A stretch of 64,000 bases of DNA from Candidatus Micrarchaeia archaeon (GTDB taxonomy: Archaea > Micrarchaeota > Micrarchaeia > Burarchaeales > JACRGF01), in NCBI GenBank assembly GCA_038870455.1, contig JAWCPB010000002.1, positions 12,452-76,451 of the forward strand. Reading direction: 5' to 3'. The notes beneath the pieces are model-generated. The model saw only the letters and a list, made by a program, of their open reading frames with translations, ran no database searches and was not told the DNA's origin. Position 1 is the first letter of the stretch; the number at the start of each line of letters is the position of its first letter. Below, piece by piece: positions 40,218 through 49,914 of this stretch. The position numbers and the translations under genes were made by a program.

Positions 40218-41603
40218 TCAAAAGAAAAGGTCCCTCTCGCCCGCCTCAATGCGCTTGAGCCTTTTCAAAAACTCTTCCCGCTTCGTCTCTTCCACCTCTG
40301 AGGTCATCCTCCTGATGAGTTCCTCGCCCTCTTCCTTCAGCTCTGGCGTGGCGTAGTCCATCAGGAATTCTTTGAAAGTCAGCAGCGCGTTGGGCGTGCA
40401 CAGCCTGTTTATCTGGCCTGTCTTGGCGAGTTTCATGAAAGCCTGTCCTGTTCTCTTGCTCCTGTAGCACGCCGTGCAGAAGGAGGGCAGAAAGCCCTTG
40501 GCGCACACATCGGCCAGCACCTCGTGCAGGCTGCGGTGGTCGCTCAATGCAAACTGCTCGCCCACCATGCTCTTCTTACTGTAGCCGCCTGGCGATGTCC
40601 TCGAGCCGGCGCTCGCCTGGCTTATGCCAATCGCAAAAGCCTTCTCCCTGACCTCAGGCCTCTCTCTCGTGGAGATGATCATGCCGGTGTAGGGCACGGC
40701 GATGCGGTACACAGCGATGATCTTCAGGAAATCTCTGTCGCTCACCGGAAAAGGCGGTTCGAAAGAGATTCCTGCGGCCGGCCTTATCCTCGGCACGCTT
40801 ATGGTGTGCGGCCCCACACCGTACTTCTCATCCATCCACTGCGCGTGCGCGATGAGCGCGAGCACATCAAACTTGTAGTCGTACAGCCCGAGCAGCACGC
40901 CCACACCATAGTCGTCTATGCCGGCCTCGAACGCCCTGCAGTGTGCGGTGAGCTGCCTCTCATAGTCCCTCTTCAATCCCTTGTGCACTCTCTCATAAGT
41001 CGGCCGGTGGTATGTCTCCTGAAAGAGCTGGTATGTGCCAATGCCGGCCGCCTTCAGCTTTCTGTAATTCTCTGTTGTCGTGGCCGCGATGTTCACGTTC
41101 ACCCTGCGTATCTCCCCCTTCCTTTCCTTCGTTGCATAAACCGTTCGAATCGCATCCACGATGTAGTCGATAGGTGCTTTCTCGGCGTCCTCGCCAGACT
41201 CGAGCAGGAGCCTTTTGTGCCCCATGCGGATGAGCGCGCGCGTTTCCTCGGCGATTTCCTCTAGCGACAGCCGCTTTCTCTCAATGCTGGTGTTCAACGC
41301 GCTGAATCCGCAGTACGCGCACGCGTTCTTGCAGTAGTTGCTGAGATAGAGCGGAGCAAACCACACCAGCCTGTTGCCATAAATCCCGCGCTTTATTTTT
41401 GAGGACAACGCGAACATCTTGGCAAGCCCGGCCTCGCTCTCTACATTGAGCAGCCTGGCCACCTCATACAGCTCCAGGCCATTTTTCTCAGCCCCTTTTG
41501 CCAGTATTTCCTGCAGCTCGCGCTCGCTGGGCTCGCCCGCAGCCTCCTCCAGTATTCCGGTTATTCTCTGCTCGCTCACAGCCTCAAACAAATTCATGGC
41601 CAT
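40218..41603 (-). CDS. hydG: [FeFe]-hydrogenase maturase HydG
   Basis: FAPLYLSNYC.N.C.YC, GIGTYQLFQETY, GPHTISVPR, C-terminal CTAC-x22-C. Confidence 0.92.
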   Translation of the reverse strand: MAMNLFEAVSEQRITGILEEAAGEPSERELQEILAKGAEKNGLELYEVARLLNVESEAGLAKMFALSSKIKRGIYGNRLVWFAPLYLSNYCKNACAYCGFSALNTSIERKRLSLEEIAEETRALIRMGHKRLLLESGEDAEKAPIDYIVDAIRTVYATKERKGEIRRVNVNIAATTTENYRKLKAAGIGTYQLFQETYHRPTYERVHKGLKRDYERQLTAHCRAFEAGIDDYGVGVLLGLYDYKFDVLALIAHAQWMDEKYGVGPHTISVPRIRPAAGISFEPPFPVSDRDFLKIIAVYRIAVPYTGMIISTRERPEVREKAFAIGISQASAGSRTSPGGYSKKSMVGEQFALSDHRSLHEVLADVCAKGFLPSFCTACYRSKRTGQAFMKLAKTGQINRLCTPNALLTFKEFLMDYATPELKEEGEELIRRMTSEVEETKREEFLKRLKRIEAGERDLFF

Positions 41604-42661
41604 CACGCGCACACTGGCGCGGCGAACTTCGGCATCAGGTCTTTGGCGTATCCCCGGCACACCCTGCGCCCGATCCGCTCAACAAAAGCGAGCGCCTCGC
41701 CCGTCAACCTTTCGATATCTTCCTGCGCCCCAAACCTGTTGGGGTAAATCGCGTAGTCCGCGCTGTATTCCCTCGGGGTTATGTTTATCATCAGAGAGTT
41801 CGCCCCAGCGAACAGCGCCTTTCTCCTCGCGCCCGCATCCAGCGTCTCGAACGCGGTGGTCACGGGAATCCTCACCCTCTTGTAGAGCAGCCTTGCCACG
41901 GCAATCGTCCTCAGTGCCAGCCCAACATCCCCGCCCCGCTCGCCGGCCAGCGGGGTTGGCGGCGATGGCACGAAAGGCCCCACGCTCACCATGTTTGCCC
42001 CGAATTCGCCGAGCGCCAGCACATCGCGCGCCAGCCCGCCAATGCTCTGGCCGGGCAGCCCGATCATGAATCCCGTCGCAATCAGGTAGCGCAGTCGCCT
42101 CATGAACTTCAGATGCTCAATCCTCCTATCAAAGCTCGTTCCCGGCCTCATCTTTTCGAAAAGCGCGCGCGCCGTTGTCTCGAACCTGTACAGCACGCCG
42201 GCAGCGCCCGCCCGCTTGAGCTCGGCGTACTCGCTCTCGCTCCTGTCCCCGATGCTGTAGAAAAGGATGACGTTGCAGCGTTTTTTTATCCCATGCGCGA
42301 TGTCGCACAGCGTGCCGATGTCATAGCTCGGGTCCTCGCCCGACTGCAGCACGACCATCTTGTACCCGAGTTCCTTGACGGCCCAAACGACGTGCTCAAT
42401 GATGTCCTCGGCTTTCATGCGATACCTTCTCACGCGCGACTCCCTCCTTATGCCGCAGTAGAGGCAGTTGTTCCTGCACCAGTTGCTGAACTCGAGCACT
42501 CCATGCACGCACGTGGCCTTACCGACGAACTTTTCTCTCGCCGCGTCAGCGCGCGCGAACAGCTCGCCAGCCTCGCGCTCGTCGGCAGCGAGCAGCCTTG
42601 CCACAGCCTCCGGGCTCCGTTCCCCGCGCTCGAGCGACTCGAGGGCTTCGAGAAAACGCAT
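41603..42661 (-). CDS. hydE: [FeFe]-hydrogenase maturase HydE (BioB-like radical SAM)
   Basis: EFSNWCRNNCLYCGIR, VLQSGED, GANS.M.N.TP..Y...YAIY; TGATG coupled to hydG. Confidence 0.85.
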   Translation of the reverse strand: MRFLEALESLERGERSPEAVARLLAADEREAGELFARADAAREKFVGKATCVHGVLEFSNWCRNNCLYCGIRRESRVRRYRMKAEDIIEHVVWAVKELGYKMVVLQSGEDPSYDIGTLCDIAHGIKKRCNVILFYSIGDRSESEYAELKRAGAAGVLYRFETTARALFEKMRPGTSFDRRIEHLKFMRRLRYLIATGFMIGLPGQSIGGLARDVLALGEFGANMVSVGPFVPSPPTPLAGERGGDVGLALRTIAVARLLYKRVRIPVTTAFETLDAGARRKALFAGANSLMINITPREYSADYAIYPNRFGAQEDIERLTGEALAFVERIGRRVCRGYAKDLMPKFAAPVCA

Positions 42662-42706
42662 GCAGCTACAATGGCACAGCGCCTATAAAACTCTTTCTCG
42701 CCCAGT

Positions 42707-43193
42707 TCATTTTTGCCGGCTTTTCTCCAGCAGAATCCGAAACGATTTCCATGCCTTTGCGTGCGGGCAGGAGAACAGCACGACCTCATCCTCGCGCTCG
42801 ACCCGCATCAGCCTTTTCACCGCATTCACCTCCTTTTCGGAAAACCCGTAGCGGGGCGCGTTTTTGAGAAGCATGAAGCTCGTCATCCCGGTTTTTTCGC
42901 GCACGACTTCCAGCAACGCCTTCCAAGATTCTTCGTCCAACCTTCTGGCTCCCGCAAGCACCCAGCGTAAGCCACCCATTATTGCCCTTGATGATTCTGC
43001 ACCTTGTTCCGTTGAACTCGAGCTTTTCGAGCCCGCGCACCGTAACCCCGCGCACGAGCGAACACGTTTTGTACGCCGCCGGCCTGCTTCTCCTCTCGTG
43101 CTCCCTCATGAACGTCCTTTGCTGCTCGAGCCACCGTTCCCCCACCGCGCGGGCGTCCACGCAGTGTTTTGGTCTCAGCCAAAGCGTTTTCAC
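42707..43193 (-). pseudogene. frameshifted GatE GAD-insertion-like gene
   Basis: High-GC3 frame switches near 42985-42987; joined text FNGTRCRIIK-AIMGG..WVLAG...PRYGFSEKEV...EDEVVLF resembles the GatE insertion. Confidence 0.5.
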
Positions 43194-43227
43194 AATCGTT
43201 TTTTGTCCCCGTTTATTAAATCATGCC

Positions 43228-43848
43228 TTACTCGGCGTTCTTCACCACAAACCAGATGCGCTGGAGCACGGTGATGCACGCCAGCAGCGATGCGGCAGCC
43301 AACGCATACGTGAGATAGATCGGCTGCACGAACCATGCAGCCATTCCAGCAAAAACCAGAATCAGCCTCTCGGGCCTCTCGAGCACGCCACCCATCCTCC
43401 CCAGCTTTTTCTCATCCGTGACCGCCCTTCGGTGGTGCGCGTAAGCCCGCACATAGCTCGTCATGGCAGTTCCAGCAAAAAGGAGGATGGCAATCCATGC
43501 ATGCGCCGGCAGCATCCAATCGGCCACGAGGTTGGAGAACATCAATCCAAAAAGCAAGAGGGCCTCAACCACCCTGTCCATGAGCCCATCCAGAAATGCG
43601 CCCAGCCTTGTGACCGCACCGCTCATGCGCGCCACCCCGCCGTCAATCGCATCGATGACTGCAGAAAGAGCAAACAGCACGATGCCTGCGGCCAGCTGGC
43701 CATAGACCAGCGCAATAAAGCCCGCCAGCGCAGGCACCACACTCAGCAGCGTCCACTGGTTTGGCGTGAGCGGCCAGCCCGCAAAGAATATGCCCAGCCT
43801 GTTTGAAATGCGTTCAACGAAGTCAGGCAGTTCTGTTTTCACACCCAC
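43228..43848 (-). CDS. CDP-alcohol phosphatidyltransferase (archaetidylinositol-phosphate synthase-like)
   Basis: TPN, DAIDGGVAR...GAFLD..MDR, SYVRA, ER.ER. Confidence 0.9.
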   Translation of the reverse strand: MGVKTELPDFVERISNRLGIFFAGWPLTPNQWTLLSVVPALAGFIALVYGQLAAGIVLFALSAVIDAIDGGVARMSGAVTRLGAFLDGLMDRVVEALLLFGLMFSNLVADWMLPAHAWIAILLFAGTAMTSYVRAYAHHRRAVTDEKKLGRMGGVLERPERLILVFAGMAAWFVQPIYLTYALAAASLLACITVLQRIWFVVKNAE

Positions 43849-43857
43849 ACAATCGCC

Positions 43858-44952
43858 TCATCGCTCGCGCAGGCCGGCGATGAACTCCTCAAGCCTCTCC
43901 CTCGCCTCTGTGTCAGTGAATTGCTGCGGGGGATGTTTCATGAAGTAAGAAGAGGCCGAAATGAGAGCGCCGCCTATTCCCCTCTCAAGCGCCAGCTTTG
44001 CGCACCTTATCGCATCAACAACGATTCCCGCGCTGTTCGGCGAATCCTCCACGTCGAGCCTGCACTCGAGGCTGATGGGCACGTCTCCAAACTTTCTTCC
44101 CTCAATGCGAATAAAAGCCAATTTCTTGTCCTTGAGCCAAGGCACGTAATCGCTGGGGCCGATGTGAATGTCCTCGGAGTCAAGAGGCACTGGAAACTGG
44201 CTCTGCACCGCGCTTGTCTTGCTTATCTTCTTGCTCTTCAGCCTCTGCCTCTCTAGCATGTTGAGGAAGTCGGTGTTGCCCCCCACATTCAGCTGGTAGG
44301 TGCGTTCAACTTTCACGCCCCTCTCAAGGAAGAGGCGAGCGAGCGTGCGATGCAGGATTGTCGCACCCACCTGGCTCTTAATGTCGTCGCCAACAACCGG
44401 CAGCCCTTTTTCCTCAAACCTCTTCGCCCACGCCTCATCGCTTGCTATAAACACGGGCATGCAGTTGATGAACGCGCACCCTGCATCCAGTGCGGCCCGC
44501 GCATAGTACCGCACGGCCTCCTCACTGCCCACAGGCAGGTAATTGATGAGCATGTCGGCTTCAGCCTCGCGCAGCGCCTCGGCCACATCAACGGGCTTCT
44601 GGGCCGGGTCGACCAAGAAGCTGCCTCTCGTTGTTTCCGCAACGCCATCCAGCACGGGCCCCTTCTGCACAATCACGCCAGTCTTTGGGATGTTTTTGCA
44701 GAAGATCTGCGTGCAGTTCGGGGGAGAAAAAATCGCCTCACTCACGTCCCTGCCGACCTTCCGCTTGTCCACATCGAAAGCCGCCACAACCCGTATGTCG
44801 CCTATGCGGTACCCCCCGAGCACATTGTGCATGAGGCCCGGCACGCTCTCGTCGTTGCTGCTCACGTGCCTGTAATAGGTCAGCCCCTGCACGAGCGAGC
44901 TCGCGCAGTTCCCCAGACCCGCAATGGCTATCCTGATATTCCTCCTTGTCAT
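43858..44952 (-). CDS. ino1: myo-inositol-1-phosphate synthase
   Basis: [44 protein letters not shown]. Confidence 0.96.
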   Translation of the reverse strand: MTRRNIRIAIAGLGNCASSLVQGLTYYRHVSSNDESVPGLMHNVLGGYRIGDIRVVAAFDVDKRKVGRDVSEAIFSPPNCTQIFCKNIPKTGVIVQKGPVLDGVAETTRGSFLVDPAQKPVDVAEALREAEADMLINYLPVGSEEAVRYYARAALDAGCAFINCMPVFIASDEAWAKRFEEKGLPVVGDDIKSQVGATILHRTLARLFLERGVKVERTYQLNVGGNTDFLNMLERQRLKSKKISKTSAVQSQFPVPLDSEDIHIGPSDYVPWLKDKKLAFIRIEGRKFGDVPISLECRLDVEDSPNSAGIVVDAIRCAKLALERGIGGALISASSYFMKHPPQQFTDTEARERLEEFIAGLRER

Positions 44953-44993
44953 ATTTAATCCCTGTTAAACATTATTTAATAAGAATTAAATAA
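44951..44993. promoter_or_regulatory. tandem 9-4-9 palindromic operators between ino1 and padR
   Basis: TTATTTAAT-AAGA-ATTAAATAA perfect (44972-44993); ATATTTAAT-CCCT-GTTAAACAT 7/9 (44951-44972). Confidence 0.65.
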
Positions 44994-45003
44994 AAAGCTT
45001 TGC

Positions 45004-45315
45004 ATGGCAGACAAAACGCTCCCTGAGAAAAGGCTGGCGCGCGCCCTGACCACGGAGAACCTTTGGCTTTACGTGCTCTCCCTCCTGCGAAGGCGGGAGA
45101 GGTACGCCTATACCCTGAGGGACGACATCGAAAGCGAGTTCGGCTGGAAGCCGGGCCTCATTCTGAGCTATGTTGTTCTCTACAAGCTGCAGGCAGAGGG
45201 GCTCATCGCGGGCAGGCAGAGGGGCAGGAGGAAGTATTACATGATTACGGAAAAGGGACGGGCTGCACTCTCGCGCGCAAAGCGCGCGCTCTCATCACTT
45301 TCAAAAGGCTTATAA
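45004..45315 (+). CDS. PadR-family regulator
   Basis: L.LL....YAY.L, Y.VLYKL..EGLI, RKYY.ITEKG. Confidence 0.9.
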   Translation: MADKTLPEKRLARALTTENLWLYVLSLLRRRERYAYTLRDDIESEFGWKPGLILSYVVLYKLQAEGLIAGRQRGRRKYYMITEKGRAALSRAKRALSSLSKGL

Positions 45316-45337
45316 TTCATTCCGCCGAAAGCGCTTC

Positions 45338-45832
45338 ATGAAGGCGCAGGCGGCCATGGAGTACCTCATGTCCTATGGCTGGGCCATCGTCATCATTGTC
45401 GTCGCGCTGGCCGTGCTCGTCTATCTCGGCGTTTTCAGCGCGGGCGGAAAGACGCCCGACATCTGCTCTTTTCCGCCGGGCATTCAGTGCAGGAGCTTCA
45501 GGCTCGAGGTGGATGGTTCGCTCAACACAACAATCTACAATGGCCTCAGCGACAAAATCATCGTCACGGGCGTGGCCTGCACGGCCGAGCAGCCCACCGC
45601 CCAGGGCGAGCCACCGGTCTGGGAGAGCACCAATGCGAGCATCGATGCCGGCTACGCCGGCCCTGTGAATTTCGCTGCCTGCAGACTCGGCGACGGCACG
45701 ACAGCGACAGGCAAGCTGGGCGATACCTATAGAGGGCGGCTTTACATCCGCTACCATCTCCAAAGCGAGGGAAGCGCCTCCCCCCGGGTGATTAGGGGCG
45801 ACATCAGCGCGGGCATGCAGCCGGCGACCTAG
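45338..45832 (+). CDS. class III signal peptide pilin
   Basis: MKAQAAMEYLMSYGWAI..., C.FP.G..C. Confidence 0.85.
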   Translation: MKAQAAMEYLMSYGWAIVIIVVALAVLVYLGVFSAGGKTPDICSFPPGIQCRSFRLEVDGSLNTTIYNGLSDKIIVTGVACTAEQPTAQGEPPVWESTNASIDAGYAGPVNFAACRLGDGTTATGKLGDTYRGRLYIRYHLQSEGSASPRVIRGDISAGMQPAT

Positions 45833-46425
45833 CCTCTGGTGCGCGTCAGGCATCCTCTCGCTATCTCCTCATACTTGCTCTTGGGAGCCACGCGCGCGAT
45901 GGTTGCGGCCGCCTCTTCAAGAAACCGCTTGAGGAAAGCATCCTTCTCAGCGTCCATGCCGATTTTTGTGGCGGCGATGACGCACTCGAGCGCGAGCGCG
46001 GGCGCGCGCGAGAGCAGGGTGGGCTTGCCAACGCCATCCACAACGTCTGCCGTTATCGTTCCCCGTCCGCTGCCGTCCTCCTTGAACGCGAGCACCTTGC
46101 ACTGCCAGTAGGATGGCGCGCAGGAGAGCGCGGGCGCGTCGATGTCTGTCTTGCGGAATCGCTCTTTCCCGGCCTTGTCCGTGTCGAAAATGTGCGTATA
46201 GAATTCCTCAACGTCTTCGACAAAATTCAGCACGAAACATCTTCTTGCTTGAATGTTGGCGTAGGTCTGCGTCTCCCTGTAGGGGCGCACGACTATCGTC
46301 TTCAAGTCGCTCGAGTGAAAGCCCATGGGCGCGGCGTTCGCCAGCCCTTCTGGCGAGTAGGTGCTCACAATTCCCTCATAAATCCAGTCCCTTTCCATGC
46401 CGGCTTGCTTGAGGTCAACCCTCAT
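45829..46425 (-). CDS. DUF447 family protein
   Basis: YE.IVST....NAAPMG, TQTY.N, RA....LE..IAATK. Confidence 0.8.
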   Translation of the reverse strand: MRVDLKQAGMERDWIYEGIVSTYSPEGLANAAPMGFHSSDLKTIVVRPYRETQTYANIQARRCFVLNFVEDVEEFYTHIFDTDKAGKERFRKTDIDAPALSCAPSYWQCKVLAFKEDGSGRGTITADVVDGVGKPTLLSRAPALALECVIAATKIGMDAEKDAFLKRFLEEAAATIARVAPKSKYEEIARGCLTRTRG

Positions 46426-47750
46426 CCACTCTTCCTCACGAACTTCACTGCCTCACGCATTTTTCTCCTCGCCTCTTCCGCTGCCCGCAGCACGCGCGCC
46501 TCCATCGCGCTCTTCTCCCCCGGCTCTTCTTCTCCAGCCAATTTTTTAATTTTCGTATAGGCGCTTTCGCGGAACCTCGGCAGAAGAGGAACCGCGCGCC
46601 CGTCAAGCAGGAGCCGGCATTCTTTTCCCGCCGCTTTTCCAACAACAGCCGCCTTCACCCCGGCCCGCTTGAGCCTTTCGAGCGCAAGCTCCGGCTTTCG
46701 CGTAAATGCAAGAAGCGAGTCCAGCGACACACCAAGGTAATCAATGCCCTGTTCCTCCAAAAGGGCGAGCACCCGCGCGTTCACCATTTCCCTCACCTGC
46801 TTCTCTTCCAACATAAGCCCCACGCCGCTCGCCCTGCACACCTCAGCCGCATCGCCCCTCAGCCCCCCGTTCGTCACATCGAGCATGGCGTGAATGCCGG
46901 GACAGCCGGCGAGCGCTCTGCAGGCCCTGATGAAGTTGATGTTGAGCGTCTTGGCGACAACATCGTGGTGCCCCGAGAAAATCGCCGCCGTGCACACCGT
47001 GCCGCCACCCGCGCCCTCCGTCATCACAATGGCATCGCCGGGCTTCACGTTTGCTCTCGCAAACAGGTTTCTGCCCGCCACCCCAACCGCCCCCACGCAC
47101 GACACCATCCTGTCTCCTATGACCATGTCGCCGCCAACGCGGAGCGTGCTGCCCGCAACGAGCGGCACGCCCGTCAGCTCGCTCACCGTCCCGATGCCTG
47201 CTGAAAAATCGAACAGCTTGCCGACATCGCCGTCATCGGCCAGATGCAGGTCTGTGAAGAGCGCGACCGGCCTTGCCCCCTTCACGAGCACATCGCGCAG
47301 GGCGGCCCTCGTGACGTGAAAGCCTGCCAGAAAGGGCCATTCGCTGAGGCGCGAGTGCGTTCCATCCACCGACACGACAATCGTGTTGCGGCCGGCCTTC
47401 ACCGCTCCCGCGTCATCCAGCGCGCCCGGTCCGAGCGCCGTTTTTCCGCTGGCGAATCCAGCGAGCAGCCTGTGCACGAAAAAATCGCCCGTTCCCCTGC
47501 TGCCCACGCCCATCGCGCCCATGCTGACTCCGCTCCTCGGGCAGGAGAGCAGGCGTGCGAGCCAGGAGCTGCGCGGTTTTTTGTTCGACAGCACCACTTC
47601 GTCAAACACGGCCGCCGCAATGGCACTCGCCCGCGCGCGGTCGATGCCCTTTATCGCTGCGATGAGCCTGGCCATGCCGGCCTCCGCCTTCGCCCTCTCC
47701 TCCCCTTTCGCGAGGGCCCTTCTCGCAAAACCCTCAAGATCCACGCACAC
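46422..47750 (-). CDS. AIR synthase (PurM/HypE-like) archaeal protein
   Basis: GVGSRG.GDFFVH, DDAG, DGTHSRLS, DVTNGGLRGDA, P.FRES.YT. Confidence 0.85.
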   Translation of the reverse strand: MCVDLEGFARRALAKGEERAKAEAGMARLIAAIKGIDRARASAIAAAVFDEVVLSNKKPRSSWLARLLSCPRSGVSMGAMGVGSRGTGDFFVHRLLAGFASGKTALGPGALDDAGAVKAGRNTIVVSVDGTHSRLSEWPFLAGFHVTRAALRDVLVKGARPVALFTDLHLADDGDVGKLFDFSAGIGTVSELTGVPLVAGSTLRVGGDMVIGDRMVSCVGAVGVAGRNLFARANVKPGDAIVMTEGAGGGTVCTAAIFSGHHDVVAKTLNINFIRACRALAGCPGIHAMLDVTNGGLRGDAAEVCRASGVGLMLEEKQVREMVNARVLALLEEQGIDYLGVSLDSLLAFTRKPELALERLKRAGVKAAVVGKAAGKECRLLLDGRAVPLLPRFRESAYTKIKKLAGEEEPGEKSAMEARVLRAAEEARRKMREAVKFVRKSG

Positions 47751-48405
47751 ACCTCACAAAACCCTTCCACCCGCGCCGCGTTGCCAGATTGAATACATCA
47801 GCCCTCTCCCTTCTCAGCAGGCCGATGAGCCTCCTCGCCACGCCGTGCTTTGTGCCCCTGAAGTCAATCCCGACAAAACCGATGGGGCTCGCGCCAAAAG
47901 CCCGTGCCAGGAAGACGCACCTGTCCCCGTCAGTGAATCCACCAAAGTTGTACACGCGCCCTTTTGGTTCCACCTGCGTTGTGCCGATGAGCTTGCACCC
48001 TCGCAATAACCGCAGCGCCCCACTCAGTTTGCCGATGTTGTCACCGTGTGCGTGAATCACTATAACAGCGCCTCTCTCGCCCGCCTCCCTTATTGCCTCC
48101 ATCCTTCCGTCCAAGTCCGTGCATACAACATCTGGAACAATGCCATTTTCCAGCAGCGTTTGGGTCGCGCCGTCCGCGGCAATCACCACGCAGGGATGGA
48201 CGAGCATTATGCTGTTTCTCATTCCGCGCGCGTTCCCAAAAACGATTGCCGGCTTGCCTTGAAGGAACAGCAACAACTCCTTCCCACCTCTCACCATCTT
48301 TGTAAGCGCATCGCGCGCCCTCTCATCCCTATCGAAATTCAGGCGAAGGGGAGCGAGCTGCCTCTTTATCCTCTCATATTCCTTCATCCATGCACCGAGC
48401 TCCAT
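47734..48405 (-). CDS. mptE: 6-hydroxymethyl-7,8-dihydropterin pyrophosphokinase (MptE-like)
   Basis: AADGA, PD.V.TDLDG, HAHGDN, GTTQ, NFGGFTDGDR. Confidence 0.9.
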   Translation of the reverse strand: MELGAWMKEYERIKRQLAPLRLNFDRDERARDALTKMVRGGKELLLFLQGKPAIVFGNARGMRNSIMLVHPCVVIAADGATQTLLENGIVPDVVCTDLDGRMEAIREAGERGAVIVIHAHGDNIGKLSGALRLLRGCKLIGTTQVEPKGRVYNFGGFTDGDRCVFLARAFGASPIGFVGIDFRGTKHGVARRLIGLLRRERADVFNLATRRGWKGFVRCVRGS

Positions 48406-49870
48406 AGATTCCCCACTCCATCGGCTCGTCCTGCACATAGCTCTTGCGCAGCAGGAGACACAGCTCCGCCTTCGCCAGCTCCCTGCCAAGATAAACCGCG
48501 TGTTCTTTGGAGATTTTCACCCTCCCGTCCCTAGCGATTGCGATTCCAACCTCCCTCGCGTTTTTCCCAGTAAAGAGAATCCTCCGCCCGCCTTCTTCCC
48601 ACACCGCGTTTATTCTGTCCGAGAGGAATATTCTGAAGCTTCCTCTGTCGTACTTCGGCCTGGCCTCCTCCGCCTCGACAACTTCGTCGGCGGAAATCGC
48701 CACGCTCGGCAGCTCTCTCTTTTCCTTGAGCGCCAGCACGCTGAACCCCAAGTCTTTCGGAACCGCTCTTCTCTCCCTCGCCACGCACAGCAGCCTCGCC
48801 GCAGCAGCCAGCTCCCTCACACTCCCTCTTGCCTTTGGGCTTTTCTCAGGCGCAAACAGAAACTCAACGCCAATCTCGCTGGCAAAGCCCGCAAGCAGCG
48901 CGTTCATCCCCACGCTGTCCGCATCGAATAGTTCAACGACATTTCCAACGCCCATCATGAGCGGCACGCCCGGATTCCTCTGTCTGAAATGATGATAGGC
49001 GAGCAGCGAGTCGGCAAAGCCCGCGCCCACGGGCTCGAGAATGGAGTCGGCGATGAACTTCTCGAAACCCATCTTCTTCAGCTTCTGCCCGGCCTCCTCA
49101 AGCCACTCCACTTTTTCCCAAATTCCTTTCGCAATCCTCCCGCCTTTTCCCGGAATCACCACGCACGGGATGCCGAGCGAGGGCGCGAGCTCTATGCTGT
49201 CGAGCGTGAGGCTGAGGAGAAGGTCCGCCCCCGCATCCGCCGCAGCCGCAAGCTCCTTCTCGTGCATCGAATCCACGCTCACCGGAAGCCCGCTTTTCCC
49301 AGCCGCTTTCACCAGCCTTTCAATCTCCCCGGAATTATCCTCGTTGGCAACCATCCCGATGTCTATCACGCTCGCGCCCTCCCGTTTGAAGTACTCGGCC
49401 CGCGCGGCCACCTCCTCATCGCTCATTCTCGGGGCGTCGACGATCTCGCCGATCACGCGCATTGTTCCTCCAATCCGCAGCCTGCCCCACACATTCCCTT
49501 TTCTCTCGGCCTCTGCGACAACCCGCGCGGCTTCCTCGGCCATCTCCCTTGCGTGCAGCTTCTCTGCCGGAACATCTTTGGACAGCGCGAGCCCTCTCGC
49601 AATCACCCACGGCAGGTCGCCGATGTGTGTGGGACCACGGAAGCATGGAATTCCCACGCGCCTCTCAAGCTCGCGCACATCAAAATTCACTCCGCCCGGC
49701 AGAATCACGCGCTCGTAGTTACTCAAATCAATCAGTCTGAGCTGTTCCTCAACGAGCGCCAGCGGAAGCAGCGCCGCCACTCCCCACTCGCACACAAGGT
49801 AATCAACGCCCGGAACGGGCCTGGCCGCGCGCGCGGCGTCCCTGGCGGTCACGGCGAGCGTCCTTCCCAT
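48374..49870 (-). CDS. dihydropteroate synthase-like protein (archaeal type, DUF4346 C-terminus)
   Basis: EIVDAP, GA..IDIG, SVDS, G.GNV.EL.DADS.G.N, PKDLG, HAVYLGREL.KAE. Confidence 0.85.
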   Translation of the reverse strand: MGRTLAVTARDAARAARPVPGVDYLVCEWGVAALLPLALVEEQLRLIDLSNYERVILPGGVNFDVRELERRVGIPCFRGPTHIGDLPWVIARGLALSKDVPAEKLHAREMAEEAARVVAEAERKGNVWGRLRIGGTMRVIGEIVDAPRMSDEEVAARAEYFKREGASVIDIGMVANEDNSGEIERLVKAAGKSGLPVSVDSMHEKELAAAADAGADLLLSLTLDSIELAPSLGIPCVVIPGKGGRIAKGIWEKVEWLEEAGQKLKKMGFEKFIADSILEPVGAGFADSLLAYHHFRQRNPGVPLMMGVGNVVELFDADSVGMNALLAGFASEIGVEFLFAPEKSPKARGSVRELAAAARLLCVARERRAVPKDLGFSVLALKEKRELPSVAISADEVVEAEEARPKYDRGSFRIFLSDRINAVWEEGGRRILFTGKNAREVGIAIARDGRVKISKEHAVYLGRELAKAELCLLLRKSYVQDEPMEWGIYGARCMDEGI

Positions 49871-49914
49871 GCCCCCCCACAAACTCTTTATTCGTGCTTT
49901 ATTCTATTAATCTT

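Noticed and set aside
40218-41603. ThiH annotation
   Set aside because: The C-terminal CX2CX22C domain and coupling to hydE indicate HydG
41603-42661. PylB or biotin synthase
   Set aside because: No pyl or bio genes nearby; coupled to hydG and has a YxxY tail
42979-43182. 67-aa ORF with a TAATG overlap
   Set aside because: The alternative frame has better codon usage and GatE-like text
46422-47750. HypE [NiFe] maturase linked to hydEG
   Set aside because: Lacks the C-terminal PRIC and is embedded in the pterin operon
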